Source: Macrostomum lignano (Eukaryota). Taken from it: 64,000 nt of DNA. Below the pieces are notes generated by a model, which saw only the letters and a program-made list of their open reading frames with translations, was not told the DNA's origin and ran no database searches. The DNA lies in assembly GCA_002269645.1 (NCBI GenBank), contig NIVC01002398.1, positions 25,872 to 89,871 of the forward strand, in the 5' to 3' direction. This document shows positions 50,201 through 61,870 of this stretch, piece by piece. Both the position numbers and the translations under genes were made by a program. The number at the start of each line of letters is the position of its first letter. The stretch's first letter is position 1.

Positions 50201-53200
50201 CTGATACTTATTGAATCTTTGGGGATAATTCTCCCCTATTCTGATACTTTTTGAAGCTTTGGCGATAATTCTCCCCTATTCTGATACTTATTGAAGCTTT
50301 GGGGATAATTCTCCCCTATTCTGATACTTATTGAATCTTTGGGGATAATTCTCCCCTATTCTGATACTTTTTGAAGCTTTGGCGATAATTCTCCCCTATT
50401 CTGATACTTATTGAAGCTTTGGGGATAGTTCTCCCCTATTCTGATACTTATTGAAGCTTTGGGGATGATTCTCCCCTATTCTGATACTTATTGAAGCTTT
50501 GGGGATAATTTTTTTCTAATAATTTAGGATATTTTTGACGAAAAAATTCAGATGCAATAAATCAATCAATAATACCTGACAATACTGAAAAGCCTCCTCA
50601 ATCATGCCCGCATCCAACAGTCTAGTAGCGTACATGAACTTGTACGGCAGCAAGTGACCCAATTGGTAGTCTTTGTCGGACAGACTCATTGCATATTCGA
50701 ATACTTCAGTGAGCTGGATAGCTTCATTGGTGGCGAATAAATTGGCGTTTGAACTTCTTGAAGCCGCGGCACTATCGAAGTCGTGGTGTCTGGCGCCGAT
50801 GAGAACTATCTTTGCCTGACAGAGGTTAAAATTTGAGAAGCAGTAAGATTCTCGTGTCTGCTCATACAGATTCTTGTGTCTGCTCATACAGATTCTTGTG
50901 TCTGCTCATACAGATTATTGTGTCTGCTCATACAGATCCCTGTGTCTGCTCATACAGATTATTGTGTCTGCTCATACAGATTCTTGTGTCTCCTCCGACA
51001 GATTCTTGTGTCTGCTCATACAGATTCTTGTGTCTGCTCATACAGATTATTGTGTCTGCTCATACAGATTATTGTGTCTGTTCATACAGATCCCTGTGTC
51101 TGCTCATACAGATTATTGTGTCTGCTCATACAAATTCTTGTGTCTCCTCCGACAGATTCTTGTGTCTGCTCATACAGATTCTTGTGTCTGCTCATACAGA
51201 TTATTTTGTCTCCTCCGACAGATTCTTGTGTCTGCTCATACAGATTCTTGTGTCTAGTTATACAGATTCTTGTGTCTGCTCATAAAGATTCTTGTGTCTG
51301 GTCATACAGATTCTTGTGTCTGGTCATAAAGATTCTTGTGTGTGGTCATACAGATTCTTGTTTGTATCATGGGGTTGTGTCCGGCGAATAGGGATGGGTG
51401 TCCGGTGAATAGGGATGAGTGTCCGGTGAATAGGAATAAGTATCCGGTGAATAAAGATTAGTGTCCGGTGAATAGGGATAAGTGTCCGGTGAATAAAGAT
51501 GTGTTCGGTGAATAGGGATAAGTGTCCGGTGAATAGGAATAAGTGTCCGGTGAATAAAGATAAGCGTCCGGTAAATAGGGATAAGTGTCCGGCGAATAGG
51601 GATAAGTGTCCGGTGAATAGGGATGAGTGCCCGGTGAATAGGGATAAGTGTCCGGTGAATAGGAATGAGGGTCCGGTTAATAGGAATAAGTGTCCGGTGA
51701 ATAGGAATAAGTGTCCGGTAAATAAAGATAAGCGTCCGGTAAATAGGGATAAGTGTCCGGTGAATTGGAATGAGTGCCCGGTGAATAGGGATGAGTGTCC
51801 GGTGAATAGGGATAAGTGTCCGGTGAATAGGAATGAGGGTCCGGTTAATAGGAATAAGTGTCCGGTGAATAAAGATAAGCGTCCGGTAAATAGGGATAAG
51901 TGTCCGGTGAATAGGGATGAGTGCCCGGTGAATAGGGATGAGTGTCCGGTGAATAGGGATAAGTGTCCGGTGAATAGGAATGAGGGTCCGGTTAATAGGA
52001 ATAAGTGTCCGGTGAATAGGAATAAGTGTCCGGTGAATAGGAATAAGTGTCCGGTGAATAAAGATAAGCGTCCGGTAAATAGGGATAAGTGTCCGGTGAA
52101 TAGGGATGAGTGTCCGGTGAATAGGAATGAGTGTCCGGTGAATAGGGATGCGTGTCCGGTGAATAAAGATGTGTCCGGTGAATAGGGATAAGTGTCCGGT
52201 GAATAGGGATGAGTGTCCGGTGAATAGGAATATGTCCGGTGAATAGGATTTGGTGTCTAATGAACAAGCTAGATGTGCAGTGAACGTACTGGTGTCCGGA
52301 AATCAGCTGCAAAACAAGCTACAATACCTGTCGATCGCAGCCGAACTGGGAGAACGGTACGCCAGCCATAAGATAGCACAGTTGGGAAGCGTACAGCAGT
52401 CTCCTAGCGGCCAGAGTGTCGCCCATCTGAGCGATAGCCTGAGAAGCCAGTTCGGGTCTATCTGGCTGATTTGACAGCAGCATAGCCAGATGAGGCCTCC
52501 AGTCTCCCCAAGCAGAATCGGTCGTATCCATTAATCCGGCAGTGACGGCTGGCATTTGGCCTTGCATGTACTGGTAGAGCGTCTGAAGCGGGTCGTTCAT
52601 TCGCATCGCTTGATTGGCAAAGCGGACCAGCATCTTGGCGTGCACGCCAGGGTCCATGTTGTAGGATAGGAACAGCGCCTGTCAGTGTTGCGGTTGAGTA
52701 AGAGATACTGCTTGATTAGTTCTTTAATTCTGCATTATAGGTGATTCCTAATTAGGGGATTTTGGGCGATTTTGAGTAAAGATGACGTTAATTCTAAGTA
52801 GGGATTAGGGGCGATTCTAATTAGGGATTAAGGAGATTTTAAGTAAAGATTAGGGGTCATTCTAAGTGGGGATTAGGGCGATTCTTAGTAGGGTTTAGGT
52901 GTCATTCTAAGTGGGGATTAGGGCGATCTTTAGTAGGGCTTAGGGGCAATTCTCAGTACGGATTAGGTGCGCTTATAAGTAGGTATTAGGGACGATTGCA
53001 AGTAGGGATCAGGTGTGATTCTAAGTAGGGATTCAGGTAATTCTAAGTAAGGATTAAAGGCGATTCTAAGAAAGAATTAGGAGCGATACTAAGTAGGAAT
53101 TTTGGGGGCGATTCTAATTCGGACTAAGGAGCGATTTTGAATAAAGATTAGGGGTGATTTTAATTGGAGATTATGGAGATTCTAATTGGGAATTAGGGAG

Positions 53201-56200
53201 TTTCTAAGTAGGGATTAGGGGCGGCTCTAAGTGAGTATTGGAGCGACTATATTTAGAGATTAGGGGCGATTCAATCCATAAGTAAGATTAAAGAGATTCT
53301 AAATAGGATTAGGGGCTGTTTTGAGTAGGGATTAAGATCGATTCCGATTGAAGTTCAGGAGCGATTAGTGTCCACTTAATAAATGATAAATACTGAATAA
53401 AGATAGAGATATTTTAATAAATTTCAAATATATAATCGAAACAAAAACCTCACCTGTCCCCACAAGCCGTGTTTGCCAGCGTACTCCAAAGCCTCGCGTT
53501 TCCGTCCGTACATTAGCAACTTGCGAAACCTGTCAATCAACCTGTCGTCATGTCGTTCAATCAACTGGGCCACCTGGCTTGACTGCAGAGAATACGGCGG
53601 CTGCTGCTGCTGCTGTCTGAGACCGGCAGACCGCATGCTGGTCACGCTGCCAGTAGGGCTGGCCCTGCCGCTAGGCGGTTCGCTTGGAGGCAACGAAGCA
53701 AAATTATCGGACGAATTAGTCCGAATAGCGAGGCCGTGATCGCGATATTCGGAGGTGCGAGGCTCGTGACCTTCTAGGAGTAGGTCGGTCAGATCTGCGC
53801 CCATTGTTATCTGGTGGTGAGGAAGAGGGAGATAGAGATGGGAGACGGTGATTAACACTCAGTCTTTGTATAGTGCACATGCACTAATATCTGGTGCTTA
53901 ATTATTTATTTTATTGATTATGCACTTTTGTATTAGCGCGCGGCTTCGGGTGTAAAGTCTTAGTGCTACCTGTCTCAAGGTGACTGTCTTAATATGTCTG
54001 TCTCAAGGTGACTGCTTTAATAAGTCTGTCTCAAGGTGACTGTCTTAATATGTCTGTCTCAAGGTGACTCTCTTAATATGTCTGTCTCAAGGTGACTGTC
54101 TTAATATGTCTGTCTCAAGGTGACTGTCTTAATAAGTCTGTCTCAATGTGACTGTCTTAATGTGTCTGTCTCAAGGTGACTGCTTTAATAAGTCTGTCTC
54201 AAGGTGACTGTCTTAATATGTCTGTCTCAAGGTGACTGTCTTAATATGTCTGTCTCAAGGTGACTGTCTTAATATGTCTGTCTCAAGGTGACTGTCTTAA
54301 TATGTCTGTCTCAATGTGACTGTCTTAATATGTCTGTCTCAAGGTGACTGTCTTAATATGTCTGTCTCAAGGTGACTGTCTTAATATGTCTGTCTCAAGG
54401 TGACTGTCTTAATATGTCTGTCTCAAGGTGACTGTCTTAATATGTCTGTCTCAAGGTGACTGTCTTAATATGTCTGTCTCAAGGTGACTGTCTTAATGTG
54501 CCTGTCTTAGTGCACCTGTCTTAAGGTATCTATCTGTCTTAATGCGCCTGTCTCAAGGTGCCTGTCTTAAGGTGTCTGTCTTAATGTGCCGGTTTTAATG
54601 CGACTGTCTTAAGGTATCTGTCTTAATGCGACTGTCCTAAGGTATCTGTCTTAATTCGACTGTCTTAAGGTGTCTGTCTTAATGTGCCGGTTTCAATGCG
54701 ACTGTCCTAAGGTATCTGTCTTAATGCGACTGTCTTAAGGTATATATCTGTCTTAATGCGCCTGTCTCAAGGTGCCAGTTTTAATGCACCTGTCTTAAAA
54801 TATGTCTCAAGGTGCTTGTCTTAAGGTGTCTGTCTAAATGTGCCGGTTTCAATGCGACTGTCCTAAGGTATCTGTCTTAATGCGACTGTCTCAAGGTGCC
54901 AGTTTTAATGCACCTGTCTTAAGGTGCCTGTCTTAAGGTGTCTGTCTTAATGTGCCGGTGTCAATGCGACTGTCTTAAGGTATCTGTCTTAATGCGACTG
55001 TCCTAAGGTATCTGTCTTAATGCGACTGTCTTAAGGTGTCTGTCTTAGTATGCCTATCTTAATGTGTCTGTTTTAATGTGCCTGTCTTCGAGCGTCTGTG
55101 TTAGTGTTAGTCTTGATAAGCCTGCCCTTGTATGGCGGTCTAGAAGTTTCTGTCTAAATATCACTATAATTAAGTGTATATTTTTACACCTGCAATTTGT
55201 GTAAATATGCCTTTATGACGTCTGTTAATAATTACATCTAACACCCCGTCAGTAGCAGCTGCAGCTCACCCCATTATTCCGAATGAGAAAGTCAAGATAG
55301 CCAATAAGCAGAGTCGCGCTATCCCAGTCGCCAGCCAGTCGATCTTGCAGCTGTTGCAGTTTGCCATTCAAATAGGCTCGAACTTCGCTTTTTAAAGTTT
55401 TACCGCGAACTAGCGGCCCGGGAAAGGAGACGAATTCGAGTTTTTCTGCTTCGCTAACAACGCACGAGCTTTCGAGTAGATGCACGCGGGCTGGCTCGCC
55501 TTCATCTGGTCTGGCTGCTGGTACCTGAGCAATTTGGGTAAAGGGCGATTCTCTCCCTCTCTATCACTCTCAGGTAGGTAAAGGGCGATTCTCTCTCTCT
55601 CAGGTAGGTAAAGGGCGATTCTCTCCCTCAGGTAGGTAAAGGGCGATTCTCTCTCACTCTCAGGTAGGTAAAGGGCGATTCTCTCCCTCAGGTAGGTAAA
55701 GGGCGATTCTCTCTCTCAGGTAGGTAAAGGGCGATTCTCTCCCTCAGGTAGGTAAAGGGCGATTCTCTCTCACTCTCAGGTAGGTAAAGGGCGATTCTCT
55801 CCCTCAGGTAGGTAAAGGGCGATTCTCTCCCTCAGGTAGGTAAAGGGCGATTCTCTCTCACTCTCAGGTAGGTAAAGGGCGATTCTCTCCCTCAGGTAGG
55901 TAAAGGGCGATTCTCTCTCTCGGGTAGGTAAAGGGCGATTCTCTCTCTCAGGTAGGTAAAGGGCGATTCTCTCTCAGGTAGGTAAAGGGCGATTCTCTCC
56001 CTCAGGTAGGTAAAGGGCGATTCTCTCCCTCAGGTGGGTAAAGGGCGATTCTCTCTCACTCTCAGGTAGGTAAAGGGCGATTCTCTCCCTCAGGTAGGTA
56101 AAGGGCGATTCTCTCTCTCAGGTAGGTAAAGGGCGATTCTCTCTCAGGTAGGTAAAGGGCGATTCTCTCTCTCAGGTAGGTAAAGGGCGATTCTCTCTCA

Positions 56201-59200
56201 GGTAGGTAAAGGGCGATTCTCTCTCAGGTAGGTAAAGGCCGATTCTCTCTCTCAGGTAGGTAAAGGGCGATTCTCTCTCAGGTAGGTAAAGGGCGATTCT
56301 CTCCCTCAGGTAGGTAAAGGGCGATTCTCTCTCAGGTAGGTAAAGGCCGATTCTCTCTCTCAGGTAGGTAAAGGGCGATTCTCTCTCTCAGGTAGGTAAA
56401 GGGCGATTCTCTCTCTCAGGTAGGTAAAGGGCGATTCTCTCTCAGGTAGGTAAAGGCCGATTCTCACTCAGATAGAATTAGTCTAAGAGCGATTATCTCT
56501 CACAAAACTCCATTCCACAAAAATCCAGATCAGACAATATACCTGTACAACAAGTCCCGGAGCGTCCAGTCCCAGTCTGGCGTGAGGCAAATTGAACTTT
56601 AACGGAGTGCACCGACCAGACGGTTGAGCATAATCGCCATCGCCATCTCCATCGTACTGCGCCTGTTGGACATAGTTCATGTAGTTAAGAAAATAATTCC
56701 TATACTCCTGTCGCTGCTGATGAAAATACGCGGCATTCTGCGGCTGCTGTCTGATACAATTATCAAAGTACTGCTCGTACTGTTGGGCAAGGCTGCCCAG
56801 CGCCGGGCTGGATGCTGAGGCGGCCAACTCGCTAGCGACACTGCCAGCTCGACTTGCCGGCCTGCTGGTGGGCCTACTGGCTGTCCTGCTACCAGCCGGT
56901 GAATAACCGTATTGCTGGTGCTGCTGATAAGGAAACAGACTGGAACTCGGGTACAACTGCGGCTGCGGTTGCGATTGTTGTACAGCCGATGGCATGTTTG
57001 GCAAGCCTGTAGCCGAACTGCCTAATTCTATGGAATTATTCGAAGCTAAACTAGACGTCTTGGATGTTGTACGAGAGTGTTTATTAGACGAGCGACCGTA
57101 TTGCTGTTGCAATAACTGCTGTTGAAGCTGTTGCTGTTGCTGCTGCAACAATTGCATCTGCTGTTGCAATTGCTGCTGCTGCTGTAGCTGCTGCTGCTGT
57201 CGAGCCGCCTGTAACTGTTGCTGCTGTTGAGACACGCTTAGCACCTGACGGCTAGGTTTTAACTCGGCCATAATTGATTGAATTTCGCTGCTAGGCCTAG
57301 CAGTGTCCGATAGGCCAGGCATTCGAATTTGAGCCTTTGGTTGATGAGGCTGAGGCTGAGCCTGCTGCTGCTGTGGTATCAATGGGCTGGATTGATGAAA
57401 GGCAGCCTGAGCCTGAGATGACGGAGCCGCTGGCACAGAGGGTGGTCTAGAAGACACGGGCTGTTGCTGCTGCTGCGAATACTGAGGCTGATACATCGCC
57501 CGACGACTATCAGGCGGAGTCAGGGTTCGTTCCAATTGACTATCTTGTTGCTGCTGTTGCAGATGACCTGGTTGCAAGTAAAGATATCCTTGAGGATTGA
57601 AATCGTCAGCCGCTGTTGAATGTGAAGGTTGCTGTTTCGGCTGTTGCTGCACAGGCGGCGGAGGCAGCGGCGGCAGCTGGAAGCTGCTTACACTCATAGC
57701 TGTAGTTGCCTCCTCTCTCGGACTAGCGGCGGCTGCAGAACCAGAAGCGCTAGCAACTTCGCCAGCTTTTCTAACATCGACATCTTCGTCGCTGCCGTGA
57801 TCAAAAAATGCAGCGGCGGTGCCTTCGTCATCGTTTGCAGCGCTATATGGTTGATAGAATTGCGGCTGCTGTTGTTGTTGTTTTGCCATTGGAGCAAACT
57901 GGTTAGGCAAAGCAGTCAAGGGTTGGCTGGTTAAAGCTGTGGTCACTGCAGTGGAAGACTGAGAATAATAACTGGCCATGCTTGGTGTGAATATTTGATA
58001 AGCCTGACTGGCAGATGCAGGTGGCGCCAATTGTTGATAAGCCTGTTTGGCAGACGGAAGTGGCGCCGATTGTTGATAAGCCTGACTGGGTGCCGGAGGT
58101 GGCGGTGGCGCCGATAGACGATAAGCCTGGCTGGCTGGAGGTGGCGCCGGTTGTTGATAAGCCTCGCTGTCTGGAGGTGGCGCCGGTTGTTGATAAGCCT
58201 GGCTTACTGAAGGTGGCGCTGGTTGTTGATAAGCCTGACTGGCTGGTGGTGGCAATGCTTGTTGATAAGCCTGACTGGCTTCAAAAGGTGGCGCCGATTG
58301 TTGATGAGCCTGGCTGACTGGAGTTGGCGCCGATTGTTGATAAGCCTGGCTGACTAGAGTTGGCGCCGATTGTTGATAAGCCTGACTGGTTGGTGGAGGA
58401 GTTGGCGCCGATTGTTGATAAGCCTGACTTTCTGGTGGCATTGATTGTTGATAAGCCTGCCTAGCAGATGGAAGTGGCGCCGATTGTTGATGAGCCTGGC
58501 TGACTGGAGGCGGTACAGTTGGCGCCGATTGTTGATAAACTTGACTGGCTGGTGGTGGAGTTGGCGCCGATTGTTGATGAGCCTGGCTGACTGGAGGCGG
58601 TAGAGTTGGCGCCGATTGTTGATAAACTTGACTGGCTGGTGGTGGAGTTGGCGCCGATTGTTGATGAGCATGGCTGACTGAAGGTAGCGCCGATTGTAGA
58701 TAAGCCTGACTGGCTGAAGGTGGCGCCGATAATTGATAAGCCTGACTGGCTGGGGGCGCTAAAGTTGGCCCCGATTGTTGATAAGCCTGACTTTCTGGTG
58801 GCATCGATTGTTGATAAGCTTGACTGGCTGGTGGTGGCGCCGATTGTTGATAAGCCTGACTGGATGGAGGTGGCGCCGATTGTTGATAAGCCTGACTGGC
58901 TGGAGGTGGCGTCGATTGTTGGTAAGCCTGACTGGATGGAGGTGGCGCCGATTGTTGATAAGCCTGACTGGCTGGAGGTGGCGTCGATTGTTGGTAAGCC
59001 TGACTAGCTGGAAGTGGCATCGATTGTTGGTAAGCCTGACTGGCTGGAGGTGGCGTCGATTGTTGGTAAGCCTGACTGGCTGGAGGTGGCGTCGATTGTT
59101 GGTAAGCCTGACTGGCTGGAGGTGGCGTCGATTGTTGATAAGCCTGACTGGCTGGAGGTGGCGTCGCTTGTTGGTAAGCCTGACTAGCTGGAAGTGGCAT

Positions 59201-61870
59201 CGATTGTTGATAAGCCTGACTGGCTAGAGGTGGCGTCGATTGTTGGTAAGCCTGACTGGCTGGTGGAGAAGTTGGCGCCGATTGTTGATAAGCCTGACTT
59301 TCTGGTGGCATCGATTGTTGATAAGCCTGCCTAGCAGATGGAAGTGGTGCCGATTGTTGATGAGCCTGGCTGACTGGAGGTGGAGGTGGCACCGATTGTT
59401 GATAAGCCTCACTGGCTGGAGGTGGCGCCGATAGTTGATAAGCCTGGCTGACTGGTGGTGGAGTTGGCGCCGATAGTTGATAAGCCTGGCTGACTGGTGG
59501 TGGAGTTGGCGCCGATTGTTGATAAGCCTGGCTGACTGGTGGAGGAGTTGGCGCCAATTGTTGACAAGCCTGACTTTCTGATGGTGGAGTTGGCGCCGAT
59601 TGTTGATAAGCTTTACTGGCTGGTGGTGGAGTTGGCGCCGATTGTTGATAAGCCTGACTGGCTAGAGGTGGCGCCGATTGTTGATAAGCCAGACTGGCTG
59701 GAGGTGGCATCGATTGTTGGTAAGCCTGACTGGCTGGAGGTGGCGCCGATTGTTGGTAAGCCTGACTGACTGGAGGTGGCATCGATTGTTGGTAAGCCTG
59801 ACTAGCTGGTGGAATAGTCGCAGACGGTTGGAACAAATAGCCAGCTAGCGAAGGCGCAGACTGTTGAAACAAAGAGTTAGTCAAAGAATGGCCACTAGCA
59901 GCTGACTGCACAGCTGGCAGTTGATAAGCCTGATTGGCAGGTGTAGGAAGAAATGACTGCTCAATAGCCGAGTTGGCAAACAATTCCGGCGGAGCGGACT
60001 GACTATCAGACGGGACTTCATCAAACTGCCAATGCTCCTGACTGCCCATTACTGGCGGTGGTGTACTTCTAGACTCTCCATTATCTTCAGGCTGCTCCAT
60101 ATTCTGTAGACGATCATAATTAGAGTCAGGATAATCCTGCTGCTGATGAGTAGCAGTAGTATCCTCATTAGTAGTATCTGGCGGAGGATTGGTTAAATTT
60201 GGCTGATAGATCTGATAGCCCTGACTAGCGGAAGCTGCTGATGAATCAGGCTGGAAAGACTCTAAAACAGACTGTTGATGCATGTCAGCCTGACTGACAG
60301 CTGCAGCCGAAGCGTTCGGCTGATAAACCTGATGGGGCGGCTGCTCCCCGCCAGCAATTTGGCTATCTGTGTCGCTTTGGACGCCATCGGAGCTGCCCTC
60401 TCCATCGTCATCAACTTCGTCTTCTTCGTCCATGCCATTGCCGCTGCTGCCGCCGCCGCCGCTGCTAGAAGAAGAAAAATACTCCTTATTGCGAGAGTCC
60501 ACGCTGGAAGCCACGCCTAGCATGCCGATCTCGTCTTCCCAACCGCCGCCGCCTCCGCCGCGAGATTCCGCATCTAAATCGATGTCGTTCCAGTCTCCGC
60601 CGCCCGCCTCGCCAGAAGCATTGTCCTCGTTATCATCGACGCGATAGTCGGCAGTTGGCCAGGCGTACGCCGTAGAAGCCGCAGGTGCCGCCACAGGCGC
60701 TTGATGAGCAGCATTTGAGTCCGGCTGATCGCAGCTGCTGATATTAAGGGTAAAAACGGGTTAAAGAGATTAACTGGTTCAATATTTTTTCATGTTTTGA
60801 CGCTCTAAAATTTCCCTCACTCTTCGGAATGTTGAGTAATTTAGCCTGCAATCTCACTCTTGAGTTTCTGACAATAAGAATATATGCTTTTACCCCGACA
60901 TCCTTCCTATATACTAATTCTCATTATAATACTGAGAAGTTTAAAATCTTATCCGGAGATTGAGAAGTTCAAGTTTCATCCTAAGATTGAGAAGTCTCAG
61001 GTCTCATCCTGAGTTTGAGAAGTATCATCCTGAGATAGAGAAGTCTCATCATGAGATTGAGAAGTCTGAGATTGAGTAACATCATCCTGAGATTGAGAAG
61101 TCTCATACTGAGATTGAGAAGTCTGAGATTGAGTAACATCATCCTGAGATTGACAAGTCTCATACTGATATTATGAAGTCCCATCCTGAGATTGAGAAGT
61201 CTCATCCTGAGATTGAGAAGTCCCATCCTGAGATTTAGGTCTCATTCTGAGATTGAGAAGTCCCATCCTGAGATTGAGAAGTCTCATCCTGAGATAGAGA
61301 AGTCTCATCATGAGATTGAGAAGTCTAAGATTGAGTAACATCATCCTGAGATTGAGAAGTCTCATACTGAGATTATGAAGTACCATCCTGAGACTGAGAA
61401 GTCTCATCCTGAGATTGAGAAGTCCCATCCTGAGATAGAGAAGTCTCATCCTGAGATAGAGAAGTCTCATCCTGAGATAGAGAAGTCCCATCCTGAGATA
61501 GAGCAAAAGATAGACTAAAACTTTATGTAGTGTAGATGTACTAATTATTAACTTACTAAGCGCTCTGTGGTTTAAAATACTGCTGCGCCTGTGGTGGCGG
61601 CGGCGGCGGCTGGGAATTCGGCTTAGGCGGACTAGACACGCCAAAAGATGAAAAAAAATTATCAGGATCTAGATCGGCTGCACCGCCATAGTTTCCAGGA
61701 AACACAGGTGTACCGTACATTGATGATGACTGCGGCTGCGAAGCAAAGGGATTCCAGCCTTTGGATTGGGCATTAGCTGATTGAGCAGTGCCAGAGGCAA
61801 ATGTTGTCGGATTATATAGCTGAGGCGCACGAGGCGGCGTCCCACCAGAAGCGCCAGGCCCAAAAGACAT
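44290..61870 (-). CDS. SEC16: ER exit site scaffold SEC16 (SEC16A-like), ~2470 aa; exons 61870-61557, 60737(or 60734)-56543, 55524-55270, 53810-53454, 52678-52328, 50815-50576, 49446-48829, 47888-47751, 45915-45724, 45060-44290
   Basis: Conserved central domain: [104 protein letters not shown]...ATNEAIQLTEVFEYA. C-terminal LPDDSNPSIMWDPVNKVWVN and KYVDLL. The exon sum of 7431 nt is in frame. The exon 8 acceptor and the final stop are less certain. Confidence 0.9.
46120..47340. repeat. 36-bp minisatellite in SEC16 intron 8
   Basis: Unit gtttcaaccatagactaactgacttatttagcatgg. Confidence 0.96.
48038..48680. repeat. 31-bp minisatellite in SEC16 intron 7
   Basis: Unit ggcccagcaactgaggatctgggaggctggt. 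Confidence 0.96.
49495..50510. repeat. 40-bp minisatellite filling SEC16 intron 6
   Basis: Unit ggggataattctcccctattctgatacttattgaagcttt. Confidence 0.96.
50845..51360. repeat. 22-bp minisatellite in SEC16 intron 5
   Basis: Unit gattcttgtgtctgctcataca. Confidence 0.95.
51375..52245. repeat. 21-bp minisatellite in SEC16 intron 5, abutting the 22-bp array
   Basis: Unit gtgtccggtgaatagggataa. Confidence 0.95.
52745..53350. repeat. Degenerate ~23-bp G-rich minisatellite in SEC16 intron 4
   Basis: Recurrent gggattaggggcgattctaagta-like units. Confidence 0.8.
53965..55090. repeat. 28-bp minisatellite grading into shorter degenerate units, SEC16 intron 3
   Basis: Unit gtctgtctcaaggtgactgtcttaatat up to ~54500, then tgtcttaa-based subunits. 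Confidence 0.93.
55535..56470. repeat. ~25-31-bp minisatellite filling SEC16 intron 2
   Basis: Unit ctcaggtaggtaaagggcgattctct(c/cc/cact). Confidence 0.96.
57990..59820 (-). repeat. Coding minisatellite in SEC16 exon 2: roughly 50 copies of (P)PPASQAYQQS(A/T/M)
   Basis: Plus-strand unit ~33-39 bp (gttgataagcctgactggctggaggtggcgccgatt). All length variants are multiples of 3 and the frame stays open. Confidence 0.93.
60950..61500. repeat. 21-bp minisatellite in SEC16 intron 1
   Basis: Unit catcctgagattgagaagtct. Confidence 0.92.

Noticed and set aside
46118-52312. Periodic ORFs (NKSVSLWLKPML, PDPQLLGHQ, SAHTDSCV, CPVNRD)
   Set aside because: All coincide with intronic minisatellites between conserved SEC16 exons.
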